DNA of 64,000 bases from Eledone cirrhosa (taxonomy: Eukaryota), in contig OZ024743.1 of NCBI GenBank assembly GCA_964016885.1, positions 188,418,001-188,482,000 on the forward strand, written 5' to 3'. Below, one piece after another: positions 50,778 to 61,975 of this stretch; position 1 is the stretch's first letter, and every line of letters starts with the position of its first letter. The position numbers and the translations under genes were made by a program. The notes under the pieces were generated by a model. It was not told the DNA's origin and searched no databases. It saw only the letters and a program-made list of their open reading frames with translations.

Positions 50778-50962
50778 GGAAAAAGTATGACTCCGACGGC
50801 AGAGCTCAAGCCGTTTCGACGGCTATTTCTAGTCCTGAAATAGCCGTCTTGAGCTCTGCCGTCGGGGTCATACTTTTTTCCTATTACCCACTCTACTACC
50901 TTAAGTATTGAGTACTCTGGTGCGTTATGGTCCATCTGGTTCCTTACCACAATTCCTTTGTT
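50778..50962. mobile_element. Hairpin element (about 100-nt near-perfect fold-back) with the shared terminal motif, in (TA)n
   Basis: gaaaaagtatgactccgacggcagagctcaag pairs with cttgagctctgccgtcggggtcatactttttt; inner stem gacggctatttc/gaaatagccgtc; tail TACCCACTCT..GTATTGAGTAC-N11-ATGGTC. Confidence 0.75.
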
Positions 50963-50997
50963 ATATATATATATATATATATACACATATATGTATG

Positions 50998-51205
50998 AAG
51001 TGTGTGGTGCTGAGACTGAGGAGACCACAAATCATGGTAGTACTCAATATATGGAGAGATGCAGAGTGGGTATAGAGATGAGTAAAATACTGTGACAACA
51101 AGCAGCTTCAACTTATGTGTTAAACAAGCCTTTTCAAGCCTTGAAAAGGCCTGTTGAACATACAAGTCAAAGCCACTTAGCATTGTTGTCAGGATTTTAC
51201 CTTCA
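50998..51205. mobile_element. Hairpin element with the terminal motif and back-to-back degenerate UUGAAAA hammerhead-like arms
   Basis: GACCAC-N11-GTACTCAATA..AGAGTGGGTA at 51023-51072. Imperfect palindrome 51081-51200 centred on TTTTCAA-gcc-TTGAAAA. Confidence 0.65.
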
Positions 51206-51231
51206 TATATTTATACATGCACATATATGTA

Positions 51232-51271
<40 letters not shown>

Positions 51272-51275
<4 letters not shown>

Positions 51276-52204
51276 GATAGGGGGGGAAGAAAAAATGGCT
51301 TCACTCGTGCTTTCAACAAATTTATTTTCTTCGCAAAATCCAAAAATAATTTTTTTCCCTATTAGAAAAAATTTTGTTAAAGAAATTTTTTTTTTTTTTT
51401 TTAATAAATTAAGTTGTTGGTTGTTGGTTAGGTCTTAGGAGTTCTTGGTTAACGTAGGAGGTATTGTTTCGTTTTTAGAAAGACCTTTCAGGCTGAGGTG
51501 CGCTTGTCAAACTGATGTGTATGTGGTGTGTTGTTCTATATATAGGGATTTAACATGTCTGTGGTATGGTGGGTTTTTTTTCTCCCCCTTTAATAAGTGT
51601 AGGGGTGTAGGTGTGTTGAAAAAATGTTAATAGCAGTAATGAGTTGAGACAGTGAGTAGGGTTGGGTGGGGAGAAATGTAGCAAGTGCGGCCTGCCCCGG
51701 TCATTCTCGAAAAATTCCTTTATTCAGGGGAAAAAGCTTTTAGTATTCCTTTGTGACGAGAATGGTCATAGGCAAACCGCACCTGCCAAGCTTGTAAACA
51801 ATTATTTTTTTCTGAAAAATTTTTCTACGTCCATCCCAAAATTAGTCCTTTGTTCAACACACACATATGTGCGTATATACGTACATACACACACGGGCAT
51901 ATGTAGGAATATATAGGCACACACCACCAATCACACACCCATGTACATATACATCCACATACATACATAAAAACATATAAAAACACATATACACATATGT
52001 ACACACACGAATATGTACTCATACCTCCACATGGGTATATATATATATACATACATATACATACATATACACACATAAAGATACATAACTAAATATACAT
52101 ATATACACATACACGCACACACACACATACACACACACACATATATATACATATGTCCGTATATATACATCCGTTCACACATACATGCATACACACACAC
52201 ACAT

Positions 52205-52237
<33 letters not shown>

Positions 52238-52250
52238 GAGGCATACACAT

Positions 52251-52308
<58 letters not shown>

Positions 52309-52480
52309 GTACACATAAACACATACAGACACATACACACATATACATACATATACACATATATATATATATATCTATATATATGTACACACATATATAT
52401 ATATATATATATACATACATACACATACACATACAAATACATACACACATACACATATACACCTACATATACATACATAC

Positions 52481-52541
<61 letters not shown>

Positions 52542-52683
52542 CACACACATACATACACATATACATATATATGTGTACACACAAGCACATAAAGACACAT
52601 ATATACATATATGCACATACATACACACACACACACATATATAGATACATACATATACATACACACACATATAAACATATATC

Positions 52684-52715
<32 letters not shown>

Positions 52716-53087
52716 CAAACATACACATACATACATATACATATACATATATATACACACATACACACATATATATATATATATATATTACACACACATA
52801 CAAACATACACACATCCATACATATATATACACACACATACACACACCCACATACATATATACCCCCACGTACATACATCCATACATACCTACACACATA
52901 TATGTGTGTGTCTCACCGTTCACTCCGATATTCATGTGTACACATAAGAAGAGGGGCGGGGTAGTTTAAATGGAATTTTACCTCCGAGTGTTAATTCATT
53001 TTTTCGTGTTCAGTAGTGGATTTTGTGAAGAAAATAAATTTGTTGAAAGCACAAGTGAAGCAATTTTTTTCTTCCCCCCTATCCCAA
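51272..53087. mobile_element. Element bounded by about 70-bp inverted repeats and enclosing a 1-kb compound microsatellite (TIR element or PLE with an inverted 3' end)
   Basis: ttgggataggggggga.gaaaaaatggcttcactcgtgctttcaacaaatttattttcttcgcaaaatcca (51272-51342) and its reverse complement at 53017-53087, TA-flanked. Confidence 0.75.
51857..52910. repeat. About 1-kb compound (CA)/(TA)/(CATA) microsatellite
   Basis: Directly visible; explains all Y/I/H/T/V/C/M-rich ORFs here. Confidence 0.95.
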
Positions 53088-53136
53088 TATACCTAACTGT
53101 ACCAAGGATTACACACATTTTCCAATATATATATAT

Positions 53137-54380
53137 ATCATCATCATCATCATCATCAACGTTTAACGTTCGTGTTCCACGCTTGCATGGGTTTGGACGG
53201 GGATTTTCCCACTTGAGGCAAGAGTGATTGTCTTGCTCGCATTGGACTGTCTGGCAGGTTTTCTACAGTTGGATGCCCTTCCTAACACCAACCACGTTTA
53301 CAGTGTGGGTCTGGGAGGTTTTTACCGTGTTGCCTACACGGCCACATTACAGCGTGGACTGTGTGTTTTTTTTTGTCGTGACACCTACACGATCTCATTT
53401 GTTTCGGCCTGGATGGTGTGGCAACAACATAACTTTACATAGAAGGGGGCGGTGTGGATTGGGTGGGTGGGACGGGGGTGTATTTTGTTAGAGATGCCTA
53501 CTGACTGTAGTAGGTTTTACTTTGTATTTAGGTAAGGCGGGTCTTCTCTATTACTGAGTACCGCCAAAGGTCTCGGTCCAGTGACATTGTCTTGGTGAGG
53601 TGTAAGTGTGTGAGGTCGGAGTTTATCAGCTCGTCCCAAGTTTTTCTGGGTCTGCCTATTCCGTGGCTACCGTCTATCTTTATTGCCCTGCACTTTGTTA
53701 TACAGCTATCGTCCTTCATGCGCATCACGTGACCATACCAACGTAGCCTTCTCTCGAGTAAACAACATCTGATCCCTCTTATTTCTAATTTTTTCCTTAG
53801 TTCGTTTATGCTTTGCCGCTCACGTATATTACTATTACACATCCAGCGGAGCATGCAAGCTTCGTTTCTCTCTAGTCTGCGTATATCCTCTGCACACAAT
53901 GCCCAGGTCTCACTGCCATGCAACATTGCTGTTCGTATGCAGGCATCGTACAACCTGCCTTTCATTTTTAGGGAGAACCCTTTAGCAGCTAATAGTGGTA
54001 TAAGCTCTCTGAACTTTTTCCACTCAGTTCTGACTCTAGCTACTGTACTTTCAGAGCACCCTCCCCCACTACTGATTTTGTCACCCAGGTAACGGAAGCT
54101 GTCCACTATTTCTATAGAACCCTCTGCGCAGTTGAAAGAGCTAGTATTTTGTGGGCACTTGCTGCTACTTATTGCCCCAGAACACCGGCCACATGTAAAA
54201 TCTATGTTCTTAGTTAGCTTACCTGTGATCCCACTACATCTTTTATGCACCCAAACTTTGCATTTGGGACACAAAATGGAATTTCTACCTACGCCTTTCC
54301 TACACTCCGCGCATGGCCACTTCCCGGAGGGGACCGCCGCCTTATTTTCTTTCTTACAAACTAGAACTTTAGTCTTAGCC
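53137..54380 (-). mobile_element. 5'-truncated young RTE (subfamily A, very close to the 14633 copy)
   Basis: Open frame 53528..54380 with an intact PHD-like finger (WPCAECRK), 3' UTR and (GAT)n tail. Confidence 0.94.
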
Positions 54381-54396
54381 ATATATATATATATAT

Positions 54397-54971
54397 AAAA
54401 AGCCAGGATCCCGACGGCTGAGCTCCAACCATTTCGACAGCTAGATCCGAACTAAGCCACCAGTATTAAAATGGCGGGAATCTAGCTGAACTTATCAAGG
54501 AGTACAGTCCATATATGGGCATGCAGTCAAAACAAAAAAAAGAAAAAAAATCTAGGTAAGCAAAAAATCCTAAAAGTTTGTTGTTTTCTTGTCTGTCTCA
54601 GGGAGCTGTTTTTCAGGCCTGTTTAACCCCAGCTGCTATGAAGGTATTTAACTATTTACATTACATCCCAGATCATTGACCACTCCCCGTGACATACAAG
54701 AAAAAGAACAAAATTTTTGGATTTTTTGCTTAGAATTCTTTGCTTTTTCCGTTTTGACTGCATGTCCATATATGGACTGTACCCCTTGATAAGTTCAACT
54801 AGATTCCCACCGTTCTAATACTGGTGGCTTAGTTTGGATCTAGCTGTCGAAACACTTGGAGCTCAGCTGTCGGTGTCCTGACTCTTTTCCTATTACCCAC
54901 TCTACTACCCTACGTATTGAGTACTTTGGTGTGTTATGGTCCACCTGGTATCTTACCACACCCTCTTTGTG
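54397..54971. mobile_element. Large imperfect fold-back element (arms about 54397-54605 and 54683-54889) with UUGAUAA hammerhead-like motifs and the shared terminal motif, in (TA)n
   Basis: Arms are reverse complements with scattered mismatches. Right tail 54890-54970 is homologous to 475-543 and 50881-50962. Confidence 0.78.
54423..54502 (-). ncRNA. Hammerhead ribozyme candidate with a U3-A8 core and long stem II; more degenerate mirror on plus at 54782-54861
   Basis: CTCC-TTGATAA-G-tt-CAGCTAGATTC...GGATCTAGCTG-t-C-GAAA-tgg-TT-GGAG. Stem III is vestigial. Confidence 0.5.
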
Positions 54972-55139
54972 ATATATATATATATATATATATACACAAA
55001 TACACACATACACACACATATATATATTATTATACTTTGGGAGGTTCAGGCTGCCAATAAAAAATACATGCATCTTTTGTTTTTCACTTCAATTTATTCT
55101 GGTTGGTTGGTTTAATTTATTATCAAGGTCTCTTTACCA

Positions 55140-55505
55140 TATGGAATTGCTATTTGTATACACGCATAATACAATCTGCCCTTTATTTTGTGGGGAAATC
55201 TTTTGCACCTAGCAGCATTAGTAGCTCTCTAAACTTTCTCCAACACAACTGCTAATTTGCTTCTCCTGGTAACAGAAGCTGTCAACTGTTTCTAAAGAAC
55301 CCTCTTAGAATTTGATAGAGCATTTGCTGTTTACTGTGCATTGACCACATGTAGAAATTATATTCTTTGCTAGCTTATATAAGATCTTACCATATCCCTT
55401 GTGTACCCATAGTCTGATTTAGGACAAAGGATAACATTTCTATCCATCCTTTCCTAAACCCTGAGCAGGTTCACTTCCCTGGTTTTCTTTCTACTTGTTC
55501 AGACT
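55140..55505 (-). pseudogene. Old decayed RTE fragment (PHD region onward)
   Basis: Degenerate match to WPCS..RKG..RN.ILCPK...WVHK. Confidence 0.6.
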
Positions 55506-55666
55506 TAAGTCATTTCCAAATGAAGCCAAAATAGTTTCTGTATGAGCATGACGTGGTCAATCAGAACAGAACAATTCGTCTAAACCATGTTGCATTGAAA
55601 AATGGACGTTAAATGGTGTTGATTATGATGATTATGATGATGTTGATGATGATAATAATAATATAT

Positions 55667-55977
55667 ATCATCATCATCATTTCATTTTACGTCCACTTTT
55701 CCCTGCTTGCAAGGGTGGGACGGGAACTGATTCTGGCTTGATTTCTACAGCTGGATGCCCTTCCTAACACCAACCTCATTTACAGTGAGTGGTGGGTGCT
55801 TTTTTGCCGTGGCACCTCCACGACCACTTTGCAGTGGAATGATAGGGACCCCAGTCCCTATCATCTCATTTCTACAGCTGAGTAAACTGGAGCAATGTGA
55901 AATAAAGTGCCTTGCTCAAGGAAACAACAATTGAACTCACAACCTTTCGACTGCAAGGCCAATGCTCTAACCACTAA
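55667..55977 (-). mobile_element. Second copy of the 50341 SINE family with a small internal deletion
   Basis: Reverse complement of 50354-50690; its head abuts the 55978 palindromic element. Confidence 0.9.
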
Positions 55978-56566
55978 CCACAAAACGAAGGTTATAGAGA
56001 AAATTGAGGTTGGTAATGGCACATGGAATATATAAGAGACAGAATACTTTTTTGTGAAAAAACATAATTTTATAAGGTAAGGAAATAATAAAGGGTATAA
56101 AAAATGACCGGTTTCGATGGGTCTGCAAAAGCCTTCTTTTCAAATGTTGATTAATATAAAGAAAAATTAATAATACGAAGAGTTAAAATTTGAGATTTGA
56201 AAATTCAAGTATAAAATTCATTGTGGGATTTCATAGCAGTTTTCATCTAGGTAGCAACAACAGGTTGACTGCTGTGTCCCTTTCTGAAAGGGACACAGCA
56301 GTCAACCTGTTGTTGCTACCTAGATGAAAACTGCTATGAAATCCCACAATGAATTTTATACTTGAATTTTCAAATCTCAAATTTTAACTCTTCGTATTAT
56401 TAATTTTTCTTTATATTAATCAACATTTGAAAAGAAGGCTTTTGCAGACCCATCGAAACCGGTCATTTTTTATACCCTTTATTATTTCCTTACCTTATAA
56501 AATTATGTTTTTTCACAAAAAAGTATTCTGTCTCTTATATATTCCATGTGCCATTACCAACCTCAA

Positions 56567-56574
<8 letters not shown>
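55978..56574. mobile_element. 579-bp perfect palindrome (arms 55996-56284 and 56286-56574) with a hammerhead-like motif in each arm
   Basis: 1-nt spacer at 56285; no mismatch found by eye; followed by (CT)n(TA)n. Confidence 0.85.
56421..56470 (+). ncRNA. Minimal PLE-type hammerhead candidate with a U3-A8 core, mirror on minus at 56100-56149
   Basis: aacat-TTGAAAA-Gaaggcttttgcagacccat-C-GAAAC-CG-GTC-atttt. The palindromic ACCGGT stem III and GUC triplet are typical of PLE minimal hammerheads; stems I and II are imperfect. Confidence 0.55.
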
Positions 56575-56653
<79 letters not shown>

Positions 56654-59600
56654 TGTTTTTATTATTTAACTTCAACCAGGTCCTGATTGAACACTCATAA
56701 TCAAAGACATTATAGTCATGATTTTCTCCATGTTTTCAGACACAATTTATCTGAGACTAGTTAGTGTTCATGATATACAGAAACACTGTGAAAAGCCTGC
56801 AAAAAAAGGGTTGTAAGGACTCTTCAGTTGTGTCAAAATCATGACAACCTCCATTGAGTTGGTCATCTACTGATATATACTCTCAGTACACACTGTAAAG
56901 TGATTAGTGGTAGGAAAGTCATCCAGCCATAGAAAACCTGCCAAATACATGGCAGTGGGAACTCTTCAGCTGCATCAAAGATATAACAACCTCCATAGAG
57001 CAGGTGGCATTATGATATGTTCTCACAACAGTGCAGGAACATATGTAAGCAAGATGCAGACTCCCAGCTCATCTGCGAGGTTAGCAGCCCTACTCCAGTA
57101 CTAACCTTGTCTGTGAAAACCTACCCTAACACTTGCTAGAAAGGAAAACATGTTAAATGATGGTGATTATATATTAAATTTTATTTAGGAAAGTGGATGT
57201 TCAAATGATGATAATACCAATGATGATGATGAGGAAATAAGGCATATTGTGAAAGTGATATGGCTGTTGTTTATGGCAGGTACACTGCGTAGAGACTTCT
57301 CCATTAGTTCATATTTTGTTGTTATTGTTTAGCCCAGGTTTAGCTGTGTTTAAGTAGATATCAGATATAATCTAAAATATTTCAGATATGACTTTTCTGC
57401 ATATACATATATATATGTATACTAGCAGTTATATCATCCAGGTCATACAACTTTTTAGGGGCTACCTCATTTACTCATAGCTTGTATGTGTGTGTGTGTG
57501 TTGTGCATGTGCGTGTGTGGGCATATATCTACATACATGTGGATATGTGTGTCTGCATATGTGAAAGTACATGCATATGTGAGCATGTGTATTTAAAAGC
57601 ACATGTATTTATATGCAGAAAGATACAGGTGAATAGAAGAGGTACTTCAAAACTTTAATCATAATACTCAGATTTCTTGTTTGTAATCGTACACATTTGT
57701 TTTGTGGAAATATGGTTTCATAATAATGATACAGAACACTAAATATTGAAACATCTTTGCTCTTCTTTTTCTTCAACCACCTATTCCTAAGAGAGTTGTA
57801 GGAACACAGTATTCCATTATTAAGACATTACTTATCAAATTTGTTCCATAAGTTTTTATAGTGTTCCAGTATTCACTTATTAAAATATGATCAAGCATAC
57901 CTCTCTTTATTTCTTCCTTTGTTTAATGCAGCTTAAACTTGCAATGTGATATATTAGACTATTGACCAAAAATTCCAAGAAATGTTTATTTGACAGTTAC
58001 AAAGTACAGCTTTAAGATAGAATACCATGTTTAAAGGTGAAATCTATGGAATAATTTCAATTTAGGTTCAGAGTTTATTGGAATCAGTGCAAGCCAATTT
58101 TTCATTTTATTCTCAAGATGATAATTTGTTGCAAGTCAAGGAACAGGTCAGATTTAAACCACATTTATTGCCAATGATAGTGAACATAAAACTAGTAGAG
58201 CTTTCACCAAGGATTTTGCAAATAATTGTCATATTGTTTACCACCAGATCAATATTCAGCAAGTAGAATTGTGATCAAATGTTTTCCCATTGTTTCCAGC
58301 GTGTCTTTTGTAGGTTTTCTAGGACCAACTTATCTAATATATTCTTCCATTGTTCTTAAAATCATGATGTAGGACTTGAAGAAGATTTGGCTGTTATTTC
58401 TAATAGGTTGATATACTATAAAAAATATCCATAAGAGAATTTTAATTGGCAACATCACCATCATTTTATGTTTGCTCTTCCATGTTCTCAAGGATGGATT
58501 GGTCAGGTCTTCTTTAGCAAATCTTGTCTCCATGCATGGTGTTCCTTTGTCATATCCTCCGATGACAACTAAAAGATTTTCTCTCCAAAAAAAGGGTAGA
58601 TTTAATGATACTTGCATGACAAGTGTGTAAAATGCAGAGGATGGCCCATGTTATAGAGTAAGGTGGAACATATCATTCAGTGTTATCTGGAAAAAGATTA
58701 GTTTTGAGGTGAGAAAAAAGTGAGGCTTATGCATTATCAAGAGCAGTGGATTGAAGCAATTTAACCTCTGTACCAAGACATTGGTATAAGAGGAATTTTG
58801 AGATTTCAAATAACTTAAGATGTTGATGCTGTGATCAATGACATGAATGTGTATCGAGAGATAGTCAAACAAGTGCTGGTGGTTGCTGGCTGTTAAGCAA
58901 GTTAAAAGAGAGAGAGAGAGAGCAAGGGAATTTCAAGGCTTGGGGACAAGGGATCTTGAACAAGATAAACTTAAGCATTTTGTTACTGAAGTCAAGATGA
59001 TAGAGATGACCTCCTAATGTATTATGTCTATCTCATGAAGCATACAAACATCCTGACTAGTCTGTGCCAGGTCTGGCAACCACATCTTGCTCAAATGGAT
59101 CTATTTTTGACTTGGTTTCTACAGCTGGATACCCTTCCTAACATCAACTGTCTAACAGGGTGGACTGTGTATGTTTTCATCATGGTATCAACATGATCAC
59201 CTAACAGGGTGGACTGGGCACTTTTTTTTTGTCACAATGGAGATGAAAAAGGTGTACAGTGATTGTGGATGTGCAATGCTGGAGGAAATGCACACTCTCT
59301 CACACAAGCAAGATGAAACACATCTGGTGAAGGTATTAAGACTGAGAGAAAAATCTACATTCAGGTCTTTTCCCAGTAAGTTCCTCTCCCTTTTCGTCTT
59401 AACTTTCCTTCACCCTCATCTCCCCTCCTTAAGTCCCTTCCTTACTATCTGAGCCAATCACACTCAACCGCCCAGTCTTTTTCTTATCAGGTTTTCTATG
59501 GCTGGATATCTATACTATCATCAACCATTTTACAGAGTTTACTGGGTGCATTTATCATGTCATACTCTTTATACAACTGAAGAGTTGATAAATTAATGTT

Positions 59601-61439
59601 TCTGTGATCAACACATTAAATATGATAGCATTGTTCTAATGATTCTTTGATTGTTGCTGGAGCAATCACAATAGATCTTCATTTCACTTTATGCCTCTTG
59701 TAATATATGGTGACTGCTTATAGCAGAAGTACTCTAGATATGTTGAATCAACAACTGAGTTAAAAAAGTGTTAAAATATCATTGCCACTTGACAGGCATT
59801 TCTGAATGACTTGATGCAAATTGTTTTGGGTGATATTTATTTAACATACTGCCATACAAAGAGCAAATAGGGTGGAATAGACTTCCAACTTTAGTGATTG
59901 TTTACACCTATATACAGCTCACTATATACAATAGACTAAGATCTGCAAATATATTAAGATGAAAGAGGTATGCAATGATCAGCTTAAGTGTATCATTCTT
60001 TGTTTTATTATCAAAGACAACTTTCATGTACTTTAAAGGTAACAACCACGAAGATCATGTCTTATGAAACATAATCTTCAGATAGCAAGTTATAAGAAGT
60101 TTGAGGTTGATCAGAAGTGGCTGTCAATAAATGTGAGTGAGTGGGAGAGGATGTGGAGAGAGAAGATAAAATTGGACAGAAAGAACTTGTTTCTGTAGTT
60201 AATATGGCAAAAATCATTAGACCATTGGACAAAATGCCCTGAGGTGTTTAATTCTGGTCATTTACATTCCCAGTTCAAATTCAATAAAATAAAATATCAG
60301 TCAAGTACCAGGATCGATTTATCTGACTATACCTCTCCCTCTAAAATATCTTATCTTATGCCTAAGGCAGAAATCATTAAATATATTATATATATGCTAA
60401 GAATGAATTGCTCAAACATACTGAACATATTTTTTATGAAACCTGTGTATGAAGAGTGACATAGACTATAGAAAATTAGTTATTGGATGTAGGGTGTTAA
60501 AATAATTTCTAGAAAGCCCCAAACAAACCCCAATATTTGACTGGCACTTTATTTTATCGATCTTTGAAATAAGAAAGCCAAAGTTGACCATATCAATATT
60601 TGAATACAGAATGTACTGCATCATAAGTAAAATTTGTAACACTTTACCAATACCACCAATAAACTACCATGAAAGTAACTTGCAATAATAACTAGTCTGG
60701 ATGAATACACAGCTAAAAATAGCAGCCAAATCTACTTCAGATCATACCCTACCATCTTTAAAATGGCAAGACTAGTTAAATAATGGATGTCTGTAAAAAA
60801 GCAGGCTGGTCACAGATGAAGCTTCTTTGATTATAGATATACTCAGTTGATCATGATTGATCTAGCAATAAACAACAACAATACAACCAGGGTATTATTC
60901 TAATGAAAATGCAGTCTGAGCTAACTGCAGAACGTTGTTTGGGAAAGAATAATAAAGTACCATCTTCAAGGCCCTCAGTCTGATTTCTCATCTTCTAAAC
61001 CAGTTTGCCAATTTTACAATTTAAATTTACAATGTGATACTTCAGCAATTATTGTGATACCTAATGTTTGCTGAGGACTGAATCAAGAATGTGATGAAAG
61101 ACTCAAAATAATGGTTTTTAATTTAGGCAGCAGAATGCCAACAATAGGGAGAGGAAAGTCAATTAAATCAAACCTAGCACAATATTATTTTATCAACCCT
61201 ATAAGGATGAAAGGCAAAGCTAACCCTCATGGGATTTGAACTTAGAATGAACTATATGCCACAAAGCATATTGTCTGATGCTCTAATGATACTGCCAATC
61301 CAATGCCCTCAAAATAATGATAATCAATGTTTGTATTTTACAAAAAAAATAAATCATGTTATTTACTGCTATGTTGACTGAAATATTTTAATTTTGTACA
61401 GTATGAAGATTTATTACATATAACTTTAATTCAGCATTG

Positions 61440-61975
61440 ATGATAATTTGCGATGGCCTGGGTTTGGAGATGTGAAAAGAAAATCTAGGGTGCTTGGAAT
61501 ATCTGTATATCATTAAGAGGTATAAGCAGATTATAATGATGATATTTACCATTAAAAAAATTTCATAATGGAAATGAGTTGGCTTAAATTCTAGTAGCAA
61601 TGGTGTGAGAGGAGTGCAAGTGCCAAGATGAGCTGTGAACAATAAAATCGCTGAGAATAAAGAATTGACAGTAGAGGTGATGAAATAGATGTTCTTAATA
61701 CAATATGAGAGATAGTGAAGTTATTGCTGGTGATGAGAGGCACTGTTAGAGACAACAGATGAATCTAGGGGGAAAAGGAAAAAAATCTTTGTATCAAAGC
61801 AGCTGGAAAATTTTATTGCTGATATCCAGGTAAGAAAAGTGAGTGGCAGAAAATATGGATTCCCCATATTCACAAAGATATCACCATTTAGATGGAATAT
61901 AGAATGTATTCTAGACTGCAGTATTGGGTGAATGAGAAACAAGATGCTTGACTTGTGTGTTAGTAAGAAGCAATA
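61440..61975 (-). pseudogene. Decayed APE-endonuclease region of another LINE (CR1/L2/Jockey-like); possibly related relic at 58650-58900
   Basis: Minus-strand remnants FLTNTQV and ILSDFIVHSSSWHLHSSHT, similar to LFLTETQV and ILGDFNVHH..W. Confidence 0.5.

Noticed and set aside
51825-52969. Many 70-190 aa ORFs rich in Y/I/H/T/V/C/M (also 29416-29987, 41493-41774, 50164-50911)
   Set aside because: They are translations of CA/TA microsatellites that lack stop codons; no coding signal.
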